A stretch of DNA of 64,000 nucleotides, from the NCBI GenBank assembly GCA_963749075.1, contig CAVVLJ010000017.1:512001-576000 (forward strand). Direction: 5' to 3'. How positions within the stretch are numbered: position 1 is the first letter of the stretch; every line of letters begins with the position of its first letter. The translations under genes and the position numbers were made by a program. Of the stretch, positions 1 to 9,037 are shown one piece after another. Origin of the DNA: an uncultured Pseudomonadota bacterium (GTDB taxonomy: Bacteria; Pseudomonadota; Alphaproteobacteria; JACZXZ01). The notes beneath the pieces were generated by a model. That model searched no databases and was not told the origin of the DNA. It saw nothing but the letters and a program-made list of their open reading frames with translations.

Positions 1-1
1 C

Positions 2-340
2 TATACCGAGGCGCTGCTCTCGGCCGTGCCCGAGCCCGACCCGGAGCGGCGCCAGGCGCGCATCATCCTCGAAGGCACGCTGCCGAGTGCTGCCGACCCG
101 CCCAAGGGCTGCCCCTTCGCCTCGCGCTGTCCGCGGAAAGTGGGCGCCATCTGCGATACGACGCCGCCGCCGGAAATGCCGGGCGAGGACGGCCACCGCA
201 TCGCCTGCCACATCCCGCTCGACGAGCTCGTGCGGCTCAATGCGGCGGGCGCGCCGGCTGCGACCCCCCACCCTACCCTCCCCCTCAAGGGGGGAGGGGA
301 AGTGCATAGCATGGCCACAAACGTCCCCCTCCCCCCTTGA
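2..340 (+). CDS. Oligopeptide/dipeptide ABC ATPase, C-terminal part (5' partial)
   Basis: [10 protein letters not shown]...[20 protein letters not shown]...C...HRIACH is the DppD/OppF C-terminal Cys-rich domain. Confidence 0.9.
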   Translation, partial: YTEALLSAVPEPDPERRQARIILEGTLPSAADPPKGCPFASRCPRKVGAICDTTPPPEMPGEDGHRIACHIPLDELVRLNAAGAPAATPHPTLPLKGGGEVHSMATNVPLPP

Positions 341-363
341 GGGGGAGGGTTGGGGTGGGGGGT
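263..363. repeat. REP/RPE-like palindromic element overlapping the ABC ATPase 3' end
   Basis: ACCCCCCACCCTACCCTCCCCCTCAAGGGGGGAGGGGA ... TCCCCCTCCCCCCTTGAGGGGGAGGGTTGGGGTGGGGGGT: near-perfect inverted arms, each with its own hairpin. Confidence 0.85.
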
Positions 364-366
364 ATC

Positions 367-448
367 CTATTCCACCCGCCCGTAACGCCGCTGCTTCAGG
401 CGCTCGGTGCTCATGGTGCCGGGCTTGGTGTCGTAGCCGAGGAGGGCG
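367..448 (-). repeat. 82-bp imperfect direct repeat of 924-1005 (3' end of the oxygenase gene)
   Basis: Encodes ALLGYDTKPGTMSTERLKQRRYGRVE* versus ...KERRYGRVG*; 8 mismatches by manual alignment. Confidence 0.9.
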
Positions 449-552
449 GCTTGCGCGGCTTCTGGGCCGTCACGGTCCGCGCCGACTGGCGGATTATCCG
501 GCGCTTCGAGGGCGCGAACGCCGTGGACGTGGACTTGATCGACTACCACTGA
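449..552 (+). pseudogene. higB: HigB (RelE-superfamily) toxin, C-terminal remnant
   Basis: LRGFWAVTVRADWRIIRRFEGANAVDVDLIDYH* matches the HigB C-terminus (WR..F.F......VD..DYH); N-terminal part absent; directly upstream of higA. Confidence 0.8.
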
Positions 553-573
553 GAGAGAAAGGAAGCTCGGACC

Positions 574-876
574 ATGCCGATGAAGAATCCACCGCATCCT
601 GGCCGGATTGTCCGGGAGGAGTGCCTCGAGCCCTTTGGCTTGAGCGTGAGCGACGCCGCGAAGGCGCTGGGCGTCTCGCGCAACGCCATATCCGAGCTCG
701 TGAACGAGCGGCGCGGCATTTCGCCGGAAATGGCGATCCGGCTTTCCAAGGCGTTCGGCAGCTCGCCCGAGGTCTGGGCCGGCCTGCAATTCGATTACGA
801 GATGGCGCGTGCCATGAAGCAGGCCGACCGCATCAAGGTGCGGCGCGTGTCGGCGCCCCCAGCGGGCTCCGGATGA
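574..876 (+). CDS. higA: HigA family antitoxin (HTH)
   Basis: MKNPPHPGRIVREECL...LSVSDAAKALGVSRNAISELVNERRGISPEMAIRLSKAFGSSPEVW; AAGGAAG RBS. Confidence 0.92.
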   Translation: MPMKNPPHPGRIVREECLEPFGLSVSDAAKALGVSRNAISELVNERRGISPEMAIRLSKAFGSSPEVWAGLQFDYEMARAMKQADRIKVRRVSAPPAGSG

Positions 877-923
877 AGCTTGGGAAAGAGCCGGCGTCCG
901 AAGACTGAAATGATCCCAGGGCG

Positions 924-1745
924 CTACCCCACCCGCCCGTACCGCCGCTCCTTGAGGCGCTCGGTGCTCATCGTGCCCGGCTTGGTGTCGTAGCCCAGGA
1001 GGGCGATGAGGCGCGGCCGCTCACTCATAATCTCGCTCACCCGGTGGATGGAGTAGCGGCCCTCGAAAAGCGCCAGCGTGCCCGGCGCCATGTCGACCTC
1101 GATGACGCCCGCGCGGTCGCCGTCGAGAAGGCGCCAGACCTTGTCGTAATTGGGTTCCGCTGGCGTGCGGATGTAGGGCACGTATTCGAAGACGCCGCCC
1201 TTAGCACAGCGCTGCAGGAGGAGCGAGACCACGAAGTCGGTCTGGTCGAAGTGCCAGAGGAGGTGCTCGCCCGCCGTCATGACCGCGACGTTGAGGGCAC
1301 CCAGGGGGTCGGCGTAGCGGTAGAGCCTTTCCTTGCCGAGGGCGCGGGCGAGGAAGGCGAGCATGCCGTCGCATTCGTAGAGCTCGCGGATGCGCGAGCG
1401 CGGCGGAATGAGATCGTAGGCGACGGCACCCACCGAGGTGGTTTGCAGCCGGCGCTTCGGATGGCCCTCGGGAAAGCTCTCGTCGGGCGCCTCGAGATAG
1501 CTGGTGCTGCGGCTCGCGGGCGTGCGGTGGGCGAGCGGGGCGAGGGCCGCCGCCTCCTCCGCCAATGCGGCCGTGGCCGCGGGCAAAAGAAAGCCCGGCA
1601 GCAGGCAGGCGCCCGTCGCGCTCATCTGGCGGCGGCACTCGGCGACGAGTGCTGCGACCGCCGCCGAATCGAGGTCCCTGATCGGATAGCGCTCGAGGTC
1701 GACGAGCGCTGCCGCCTCCTCAGGCCGGCTGGATGGCGATCTCAT
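924..1745 (-). CDS. 2OG/Fe(II) oxygenase, HalD/BesD-like fold, HxD type
   Basis: WHFD...GGVFEYVPYIR...PGTLALFEGRYSIHRVS...R: facial triad plus 2OG-binding Arg. Confidence 0.75.
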   Translation of the reverse strand: MRSPSSRPEEAAALVDLERYPIRDLDSAAVAALVAECRRQMSATGACLLPGFLLPAATAALAEEAAALAPLAHRTPASRSTSYLEAPDESFPEGHPKRRLQTTSVGAVAYDLIPPRSRIRELYECDGMLAFLARALGKERLYRYADPLGALNVAVMTAGEHLLWHFDQTDFVVSLLLQRCAKGGVFEYVPYIRTPAEPNYDKVWRLLDGDRAGVIEVDMAPGTLALFEGRYSIHRVSEIMSERPRLIALLGYDTKPGTMSTERLKERRYGRVG

Positions 1746-3403
1746 TGCCGAAGATATAGCCCGTCGGGTGCATCTTGAAGCCCTTGACGCGCTTGTCCAT
1801 GAAGGTGAAGAGCGAGCGCCACACCGGCTGCACGATCGGACCGTCGTCCTGGAGGATCTCCTCGAGCTTGGCCATCACCGCGCGCCGCTTGTCGACGTCG
1901 AGGATGCCGTCGGCCTCGGTGAGGAGCTTGTCGAACTCCGGGTTGGAATAATGCGACTCGTTCCACGGCACGCCCGTGCGATAGGCAAGATCGAGCACCA
2001 TGACGCCGAGCGGGCGGTGGGCCCAGGTGGTGAAGCCGAAGGGCACCTTGGTCCACACGTCCCAGTATTGCGTCGACGGCATGACGTTGATCTTGACGCG
2101 GATGCCGGCCTCCTTCCATTGCTCGACCATGGTTTGCACCGCGACGAGCTCCCAGTCGGGCTGCGGCCGGGCGGCGATCTCGACGTCGATGCCGTCCGGG
2201 TAGCCGGCCTCGGCGAGGAGCTTCTTGGACTTCGCCACGTCGCGCACGAAGGGTGCGAGCTTGGCATATTCCGGATGCGCCGGCGCCACGTGATGATGCT
2301 CGCCGGGAAGACCTAAGCCGCGGTAGGAGATCTCCAGAACGGCCTTGGCGTCGGTGGCGAAGCGCAGGGCCTGGCGCACGCGCTTGTCGTCGAAGGGCTT
2401 GGTCGGCTGCACGCGGGCTACGGCGGTATAGGCGGTCGCCACGTCGTACTTGTCGACGTGGGCGAGCTGCTTCATGGCGTCGAGCTGCGCGATCTCGCCG
2501 AGATAGAGCCCGTCGACCTGCTTGGAGGCGAGCGCGCTGAGTGCTGCCGCCGAACTCGTCGCCGAGGTCGATGTACTGCCACTCGTCGACGTAGGGCCCG
2601 GTGCCCCAATAGGGCTTCGGCTTGTAGACCTGGCGGCGGCCGACCTGGTCCTCGACCATGGTGAAGGGGCCGGTGCCGTTGGCGCCCACCTTGTGCACGC
2701 CGCCGCTCGCCGGGTCCATCATGAAGAGGGGATAGTGGAAGAGGTTCTCGGGGATGGCGAGCTGCGCCGTCTTGCCGTTGAGCCGCACGGTGAAATCGTC
2801 GAGCTTCTCGAGCGCGTTGGCGTCCCACAGGCGCGTCGATTTCTTCGGATTGCCCTTGGCGTCCTTCTCGCCCGTGTCGAACTCCTCGAGGATGAAGCCC
2901 TTGAAGAGGCCGAGCACCGAGGAGCCGGTCTTGGGGTCGAGCACCTGCTTCAGGTTCCACATCACGTCGTCGGCGGTGAACTGGCGGCCGTCGTGCCACT
3001 TCACGTCCTTGCGCAGATGGAGCGTCCAAGTCTTGAGGTCGTCGCTCGCGTCCCATTTCGCGCAGAGCGAGGGCCGCGTCACGTTGTCGACGCCGGTCAC
3101 CGTGAGGTAGTCGTAGACGAGGCGCGCCGCGTTCGCGGACTCGACCCAGCTATAGGTGTGCGGGCTCTTGAGGTCCTGGCAGCGCATGCCGATGCGGATC
3201 GTGCCACCCTTCGGCATATTCGTTTGCCCGAAGGCCGGTGCTGCAAAATCGCCGCCCGCCACCTTGCCGGCAAAGGCGTAAGCCGCGGTCGCCGACATGC
3301 CGAGCAGCGTCGCGGTCCGCAAGAACTCGCGCCGGTCGATCCGGTACTCGGCCAATTGCCGCTTGAGCGTGGGAATATAGCTGTGCTCGCGATCGTCACC
3401 CAT
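1720..3403 (-). pseudogene. ABC substrate-binding protein, family 5 (Tat signal), with a +1 frameshift near 2553
   Basis: GGAGG RBS, then MGDDREH...IDRREFL; LRKDVKWHDGRQFTADDV and GTGPF motifs; continues in ORF 1720..2475 if one base of GAGTTCG is removed. Confidence 0.85.
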
Positions 3404-3579
3404 AGCATCCTCCCTTGACTGGCGGCCGTCCGTGCGCATGCGCGCTTGACGCTCTGTTATCGGCGGCCGAATGCGCCTCGTTCCCTGTTGTCGAGCCATC
3501 CTCCGGGAAGCGCCAAGGCTTGTCAAGGAAGGCGGACGCGCGCCCGCAGGCGCTGCCGCGGCGTGCCGCGCCGGGAGGA

Positions 3580-4830
3580 TTATGAGGCGAGCGCCTCCTC
3601 GAAGGGGAAGCTCGAGAGCAGGCGCGGCGCTCCCTCGGTGATCAGCACCTGCTGCTCGAGCTTGACGCCCTCGCGGCCGCCCTCCTCGCCCATGTAGCTC
3701 TCGACGCAGATGGTCATGCCCGGCTGAAGCTCGCCGTCGTAGGCGCTCTTCTCGCGGTCCTGGAGATGGGTGATCTTGGGCCACTCGTCGCAGAGGCCGA
3801 CGCCGTGCGCCACGCAGGAGTAGCGGTTCTTCGTGAAGGCATTGGGGATGCGCCAGGCGAGCTCCGAGCCCTCGCGGAAGCTCAAGCCCGGCCGCATCAG
3901 CTTCTCGATGTTGTAATGGATCTGCTCGAGCGCCAGGCCGTAGAGCCGGCGCTGCTCGGCGCTCGGCCTGCCGGGGCCGCAGAAGAAGCTGCGCGAGATG
4001 TCGGCGCAGTAGCCGAAGGGGCCGATGAGGTCGGTGTCGAAGCTCACCAGGTCGCCCGCGCGGATGAGGCGGTCGCCGCACTCCTGGAACCAGGGATTGG
4101 TGCGCTCGCCCGAGGAGAGGATGCGCGTCTCGATCCATTCGCCGCCGAGCCGGATGTTGGTCTCATGCAGGATGGCCCACAGCTCGTTCTCGCTCATGCC
4201 CGGCCGCAATGCCTCGCGCATGCGCGCCATGCCGGCCTCGCACACGGCGATCGCCTGCACCATGCAGGCGATCTCGTCTTGGGACTTGATCGAGCGCGCG
4301 ATCTCGCACGGCTCCTGTCCGTCGTGGATCTGGATGCCGCGCGCAAGGAGGGCGGCCGTGCCCGGCGGGTCGAGGCGATCGACGGCCAAGCGCCGGCTCG
4401 CGCCGCAGTGCTCGGCCACGAGGGCCGCGATCTCGCCGGCCCACGCCTTGGCCTTCTCCTCGACCCGGCTGCCGGCACCGAAGAAATAGAAGCCGCGCGC
4501 GGGCCGCACCTCGGCGATGGTCTCGAGGCCGGCGGAAAGATGCTCGCAGTTGTGGAAGTCGAAAAGAACCGCCTTCCCCTGCGCCGGCAGGAAGCAATAG
4601 CGCGCCGGCGTGTGGGAGGTCCACACCGACATGTTGCGGCTGCCGGTCGCATACCGGATGTTCATCGGATCGAGGAGCAGTGCCGCAGCGTAATCGCGCC
4701 GTCTCAGCTCCGCCTGGAGGCGGCCCATGCGGTAGGCGCGCAAGGCCCGCATGTCGATCTGGCGCTCATTGTCCTTGACCCCGGCGCCCGCCCAGGCGGG
4801 TGCCGTCCGCGCCTCGCGCATGTCGTCCAT
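3580..4830 (-). CDS. M24 (Xaa-Pro peptidase fold) enzyme, DddP DMSP-lyase-like
   Basis: DPMNIRYATGSRNM..W, GEWIETRILSSGERTNPWFQECG, FDTDLIG.FGYCADISRS, HGVGLCDEWP, CVES, VKLEQQVLIT. Confidence 0.8.
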   Translation of the reverse strand: MDDMREARTAPAWAGAGVKDNERQIDMRALRAYRMGRLQAELRRRDYAAALLLDPMNIRYATGSRNMSVWTSHTPARYCFLPAQGKAVLFDFHNCEHLSAGLETIAEVRPARGFYFFGAGSRVEEKAKAWAGEIAALVAEHCGASRRLAVDRLDPPGTAALLARGIQIHDGQEPCEIARSIKSQDEIACMVQAIAVCEAGMARMREALRPGMSENELWAILHETNIRLGGEWIETRILSSGERTNPWFQECGDRLIRAGDLVSFDTDLIGPFGYCADISRSFFCGPGRPSAEQRRLYGLALEQIHYNIEKLMRPGLSFREGSELAWRIPNAFTKNRYSCVAHGVGLCDEWPKITHLQDREKSAYDGELQPGMTICVESYMGEEGGREGVKLEQQVLITEGAPRLLSSFPFEEALAS

Positions 4831-4853
4831 GGCCGCCTCCCCTGCCTCGCGCT

Positions 4854-5939
4854 CTAGCCGCGCAGCACCTTGGCGTAGCTCAGGTTGCGCGCGTGCAGGC
4901 CCTTCGCCTTGCCGAAGATGTAGTGCTTCGACATGTCGGCCGAGTAGCGGCTTGCCGGCGGCTGGCGGCCGAGCGCCTCGGCAAGGGCGCGGATATGGTG
5001 CGGGCCGGCGCCGCAGCAGACGCCGAGATAGCGCACCCCGAGGCCGTAGGCGGCCTTGCCGAACTCGGCGATCTCGTAGCGGTTGCAGGTGAAGGGATCG
5101 AGCGCCACGGGGAAGGGATGGTCGTTGGGGATGCAGTGGCAGGCCGGATCCTGCAACGTCTGGAAGGTCGGCTGCCGGGGCGTCGTGCGGTAGGGCACGG
5201 GAAGTGCTGCCACGTGGCACTTCACCGCCTTGCGGATGCGCCGCAAGAGCGGCAGCATGGTGCGCGGGCCGCGGCTGCAATTGAGCCCGACCACCTCCGC
5301 GCCGCCCTCTTCGAGCCGCTTGCAGGCATCGACCGGGTCCCAGCCCTCGCGCGTGACGCCCTTGTTGTGGATGGCGAGCGTCACCACCGCGGGGAGCTTG
5401 GCGGCCTTGATCGCCGCGAGCCCGATGAGCGCCTCGGCACCGTCGGAGTAGGTCTCGGCGACGACGAAATCGACGCCGGCGTCGGCCGCCCAGCCGATCT
5501 GCTCGTCGAACATCTTGCGCGAGGCCTTGTGGGTCGCGGGGTCGTCGGGCAGGTAGGTGGTCGTGTTGCAGATATTGCCGGCGAGCAGCGTGCCCGTCGA
5601 GCGCGCCACCTTCTTCGCGATCTTGAGCGCCAGGCGGTTCATCGGCGCGAGCTCCTTCTCGCGGCCGATGAGGCGCAGCTTGGCGCGGTGGCCGTAGTAG
5701 GTGAAGGCCTCGACCACATCGGAGCCCGCGTGAACGAACTCGCGGTGCAGCTCCTCGACGAGCTCCGGGTGCTCCAGCACCACCTCCGGCACGAAGGCGC
5801 CGGCCTGCAGATAGCCGCGCCGCTCGAACTCGAAGAGATAGCCCTCGGCGCAGATCACCGGCCCCTTCTCGAGCCGCGCCATGAGGCCCTCGCTCTTCGC
5901 GGCCTTCCCGCCCGTCTTCGTCTTTGCCCCGCCTCTCAT
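4854..5939 (-). CDS. Homocysteine S-methyltransferase, BHMT-like
   Basis: EGYLFEFERRGYLQAGAFVPEVVLEHPE...LHREFVHAGSDV, GLNCSRGP and GVCCG Zn ligands; GGAGGAG RBS. Confidence 0.88.
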   Translation of the reverse strand: MRGGAKTKTGGKAAKSEGLMARLEKGPVICAEGYLFEFERRGYLQAGAFVPEVVLEHPELVEELHREFVHAGSDVVEAFTYYGHRAKLRLIGREKELAPMNRLALKIAKKVARSTGTLLAGNICNTTTYLPDDPATHKASRKMFDEQIGWAADAGVDFVVAETYSDGAEALIGLAAIKAAKLPAVVTLAIHNKGVTREGWDPVDACKRLEEGGAEVVGLNCSRGPRTMLPLLRRIRKAVKCHVAALPVPYRTTPRQPTFQTLQDPACHCIPNDHPFPVALDPFTCNRYEIAEFGKAAYGLGVRYLGVCCGAGPHHIRALAEALGRQPPASRYSADMSKHYIFGKAKGLHARNLSYAKVLRG

Positions 5940-6042
5940 TGCAGCTCCTCCCATTGCTCGTTGCCGCTCGCCGCCGTAGCAAATACCAAGAATGCCGCGG
6001 CGGCAACCGGCTAGCGTCCCGGATCGCCGAACCCGCTGCACA

Positions 6043-7347
6043 TCAGAAAAAGGTGCGGATGGCCGATTTCACCTCGTAGCGCTCGTCGACCAGCCAGAGG
6101 AGCTGCCACTTGTCGAAGGTGGTGCAGGGGTGCGAGATGCCGCAGCCGACCAGATCGCCCACCCTGAGATCGGCGCCGGCGCCCAGCTCGAGATAGGCGT
6201 GCTGGTCGTTGAGTTTGGCGACCGTCCAGTCCGGCGACGCTGCGGCCGGCTCCGCGTGGAGGCCGGGCCGGAACCAAACGAGCGGCCGCGGCAGCTCGAT
6301 GTCGAAGGACACGTCGCGGCGTCCCATGGTGAGGATGGCGAGACCAGGCTCGGGCCGGGACTGCACCACGCTCCAGACCTCGAGCGCCGGCTTGAGCCCG
6401 GGGCGCGCGCGCCACTTCTCCCCGCTGCGCTCGCGGATCGGCGCCAACATGCGCTCGTAGAAGCCGGAATCGTGGGTGAAGTAGCAGCCGCTGCGCAAGA
6501 TGGTGAGCACCGGTCGCGAAAGGTGCAACGGCAGCTCGCGCGCCACGATGTCGAAGGCGGCCGAGCCGCCGGCGCTCAAGATGATGCGCTCCGTGGCGAA
6601 GAGCCCTTCTATGTCGCAGGCTACGGCGACCGCCTTGACCGTCTCGAGGAGCGCTCCCACGCGGGCCACGTCCTCCGCGGAGCGCCCGCTCACCGAGAGC
6701 CCCTCGAAGCACTCGATGCCGGCGAGCCGCAGGTGGTGCTGGGCGGCGATGCGCCGCGCGAGGGCCACCGCCTCGTCGGCGCTGCGGCAGCCGGTGCGCC
6801 CGCCCACGACGCCGATCTCGAGGAGGGCGGAGAAGGGGCGCTTCAAGCCGTGCTCTTCCGCGAGCGATACGAGGATGTCGAGCTGGGCGCCCGAGTCGAG
6901 CAGGAAGGCGAGCTCGAGATCGGGATGGCCGTTCAGGAGCTCGATCACGGAGACGATGTCGCGGCGGCCGACGAGCTGGTTCGCCATGATGAGGCGCCGC
7001 ACGCCGAAGCGGATGGCGATGCCGAGCTGGTTGACGGTAGCGACGGTAATCCCCCAGGCGCCGCCCTCGAGCTGGCGTTGGAAGAGCTGCGGCGCCATCG
7101 TGGTCTTGCCGTGGGGTGCCAGCAGCACGCCGCACTCGGCCGTGAAGTCGCGCATCCAGGCCTGGTTGTGCGCGAGCGCCTGCTCCTTGAGGAGGGCCAG
7201 CGGGAACGGCAGGTCCTGGCGCAGCACGTTCCATTTGCGCCCGCCGAGCTCGGCGAGCCTGAGCGGCGCCGCACCGGTCGGGAAGCCCTTGAGGCGGCCG
7301 TCGATGACCTCGTCCTCGATGGCCGAAAGATCCAGGATCGCCGGCAC
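6043..7347 (-). CDS. PLP-dependent D-amino acid deaminase/aldolase (DSD1, alanine-racemase fold)
   Basis: PHGKTTMAPQLF PLP lysine, GRTGCR, SAGGS, RSGCYFTHD, LNDQHAYL, SHPCTTFDKW. Confidence 0.85.
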   Translation of the reverse strand: MPAILDLSAIEDEVIDGRLKGFPTGAAPLRLAELGGRKWNVLRQDLPFPLALLKEQALAHNQAWMRDFTAECGVLLAPHGKTTMAPQLFQRQLEGGAWGITVATVNQLGIAIRFGVRRLIMANQLVGRRDIVSVIELLNGHPDLELAFLLDSGAQLDILVSLAEEHGLKRPFSALLEIGVVGGRTGCRSADEAVALARRIAAQHHLRLAGIECFEGLSVSGRSAEDVARVGALLETVKAVAVACDIEGLFATERIILSAGGSAAFDIVARELPLHLSRPVLTILRSGCYFTHDSGFYERMLAPIRERSGEKWRARPGLKPALEVWSVVQSRPEPGLAILTMGRRDVSFDIELPRPLVWFRPGLHAEPAAASPDWTVAKLNDQHAYLELGAGADLRVGDLVGCGISHPCTTFDKWQLLWLVDERYEVKSAIRTFF

Positions 7348-7354
7348 CGCCCGG

Positions 7355-7813
7355 TCACCGCGCCGTCACGTGATTGCGCAGCTCGATGGGCGAGTCGATG
7401 TTGGCGAGCGGCTCGATGCCGCTACCGGTGCCGCGCACGGTAATGGTTCCGTAATCGAGGACGCGTCCGAGTATCGATTGGTCCACGTCGACGCTCTCCA
7501 CCTTGTCCATGTTCATCTCGATCGTGTGGCGGCGGATGAGGCCGCGCTTGTAGATGATGCGGCGGTCGGTCACGGCGATCTCCGTCGTCCAGCGGCGCAG
7601 CCAGGCCGAGAACAAGGCGGCGATGCCCCAGGCGAGAACCGCGGCGATGAAGACCAGGACGATCGGTCGCCCGCCGTTCGGTCCGCCGTAGAGCGGCAGC
7701 GCTGCAATGGCCAGCAGAATCAGCAGCAAGCCCGGCAGGAGCACAACCCAATGCAGCCTGCTCAGGTGCACGACACGCTCGCCCGGCTGCAAGATCCGCT
7801 CGACGTATCCCAT
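7355..7813 (-). CDS. Membrane protein with bacterial PH domain (YdbS/bPH_2)
   Basis: MGYVERILQPGE, two TM helices, TTEIAVTDRRIIYKRGLI...KVESVDVDQSILGRVLDYGTITVRGTG. Confidence 0.85.
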   Translation of the reverse strand: MGYVERILQPGERVVHLSRLHWVVLLPGLLLILLAIAALPLYGGPNGGRPIVLVFIAAVLAWGIAALFSAWLRRWTTEIAVTDRRIIYKRGLIRRHTIEMNMDKVESVDVDQSILGRVLDYGTITVRGTGSGIEPLANIDSPIELRNHVTAR

Positions 7814-8095
7814 CGGCGCGCTCCAGGGGTCCGGATCGGCCCGCGCCGGACCGCCGGCGCGCAGGTCCCGGAGCCTATGCCAAGGTGCCGGCGCTCGCCA
7901 AGGGGCATCGCGGGCGCGCTCGCGCGGCTCGCGGGATACCCGAACGACTCGGGGTGCGTCAAAATGACTCAGAGAGCAAAAAAGTGGCGGGTCGGGATTT
8001 ACCCGGTGAGTTGTTCGTGTTAGAATCGCTCTCGACTCGAGTAGCCCGGGGGGCGGGCCACTCCAAGGGGCCAGGGGCAAGGGGGCGGATCAAGC

Positions 8096-8974
8096 ATGCG
8101 GCCACTCATCCTGCTCGCAGCGGGGGCTGTGCTGAGCGCACTGCTCTTCGGCACCGGCAGCACTCGGGCCGAGGATGCCGGGGCACAGGGCGGCTGGGTC
8201 AAGGCCAAGGGCGGCTGCAGGATTTGGAGCCTCGCGGCGCGGCCGAGCCAGAGCGCGAGCTGGAACGGGCCCTGCAAGGCCGGCGTGGCCAACGGCAAGG
8301 GCGAGGTCCAATGGTACGAGAACGGCCGCCCCACGGAGGGCTATGAGGCCGAGTACCGCAGCGGCCACGAGTATATCCGCGGCGTCTATCGCTATGCCAA
8401 CGGCGAGCGCTACGAGGGCGAATACGTCGATCTCCTGGAGAACGGCCACGGCGTCTACACCTACAGGAACCGCGACCGCTATGACGGCGAGTTCAAGGAG
8501 AACCGCGAGAGCGGCCGCGGGGTCTACGTCTTTGCCAGCGGCAACCGCTACGAGGGCGAATTCAAGGACGGCATCTTCAACGGCCACGGCATCCTCGTGC
8601 TGAACAGCGGCGACCGCTACGAGGGCGAGTTCAAGAACGGCATCTTCGATCGCGGCGTCCTCGTGCTGAGCAGCGGCGACCGCTACGAGGGTGCCTTCCG
8701 CAACGGCCGGCAGAACGGCCACGGCATCTATGTCTGGGCCAACGGCTTCCGCTACGAGGGGGAGTGGGCGGACGGGCACGAGAACGGCCGCGGCGTGCTT
8801 GTGCTCGCGAGCGGCGAGCGCTACGAGGGCGAGTTCCGCAACGACCGACCGAACGGCCGCGGCACCTACCGCGACGCCAAGGGCGAGAGCTACTCCGGCA
8901 CCTGGAGAAACGGCTGCTTCCGCGACGGCGACCGGCGCGCCGCGGTCGGGGCATCGCTCGCCCAGTGTCCGTAA
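8096..8974 (+). CDS. Secreted MORN-repeat protein 1 (8 repeats)
   Basis: Signal peptide; 23-aa YEGEF.NG..NGHG....NGDR repeats. Confidence 0.9.
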   Translation: MRPLILLAAGAVLSALLFGTGSTRAEDAGAQGGWVKAKGGCRIWSLAARPSQSASWNGPCKAGVANGKGEVQWYENGRPTEGYEAEYRSGHEYIRGVYRYANGERYEGEYVDLLENGHGVYTYRNRDRYDGEFKENRESGRGVYVFASGNRYEGEFKDGIFNGHGILVLNSGDRYEGEFKNGIFDRGVLVLSSGDRYEGAFRNGRQNGHGIYVWANGFRYEGEWADGHENGRGVLVLASGERYEGEFRNDRPNGRGTYRDAKGESYSGTWRNGCFRDGDRRAAVGASLAQCP

Positions 8975-9037
8975 GCGGGGACTGGCACCGTTCGACGCTG
9001 GGTCCGCGCGAAACTTCCCGCTGAAGGGAGGCGGCGC

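Noticed and set aside
337-552. Intact 71-aa HigB toxin
   Set aside because: Its N-terminal half derives from the REP arm and the antisense of the duplicated oxygenase tail; only about 33 aa are HigB-like.
924-1745. BesD/HalD-type halogenase
   Set aside because: Metal motif is HFD; halogenases have HxG/A, so a hydroxylase is more likely.
3580-6006. 808-aa ORF as a fusion protein
   Set aside because: The 5' part is an alternative frame over the methyltransferase gene; the M24 gene starts at 4830 behind a GGAGG RBS.
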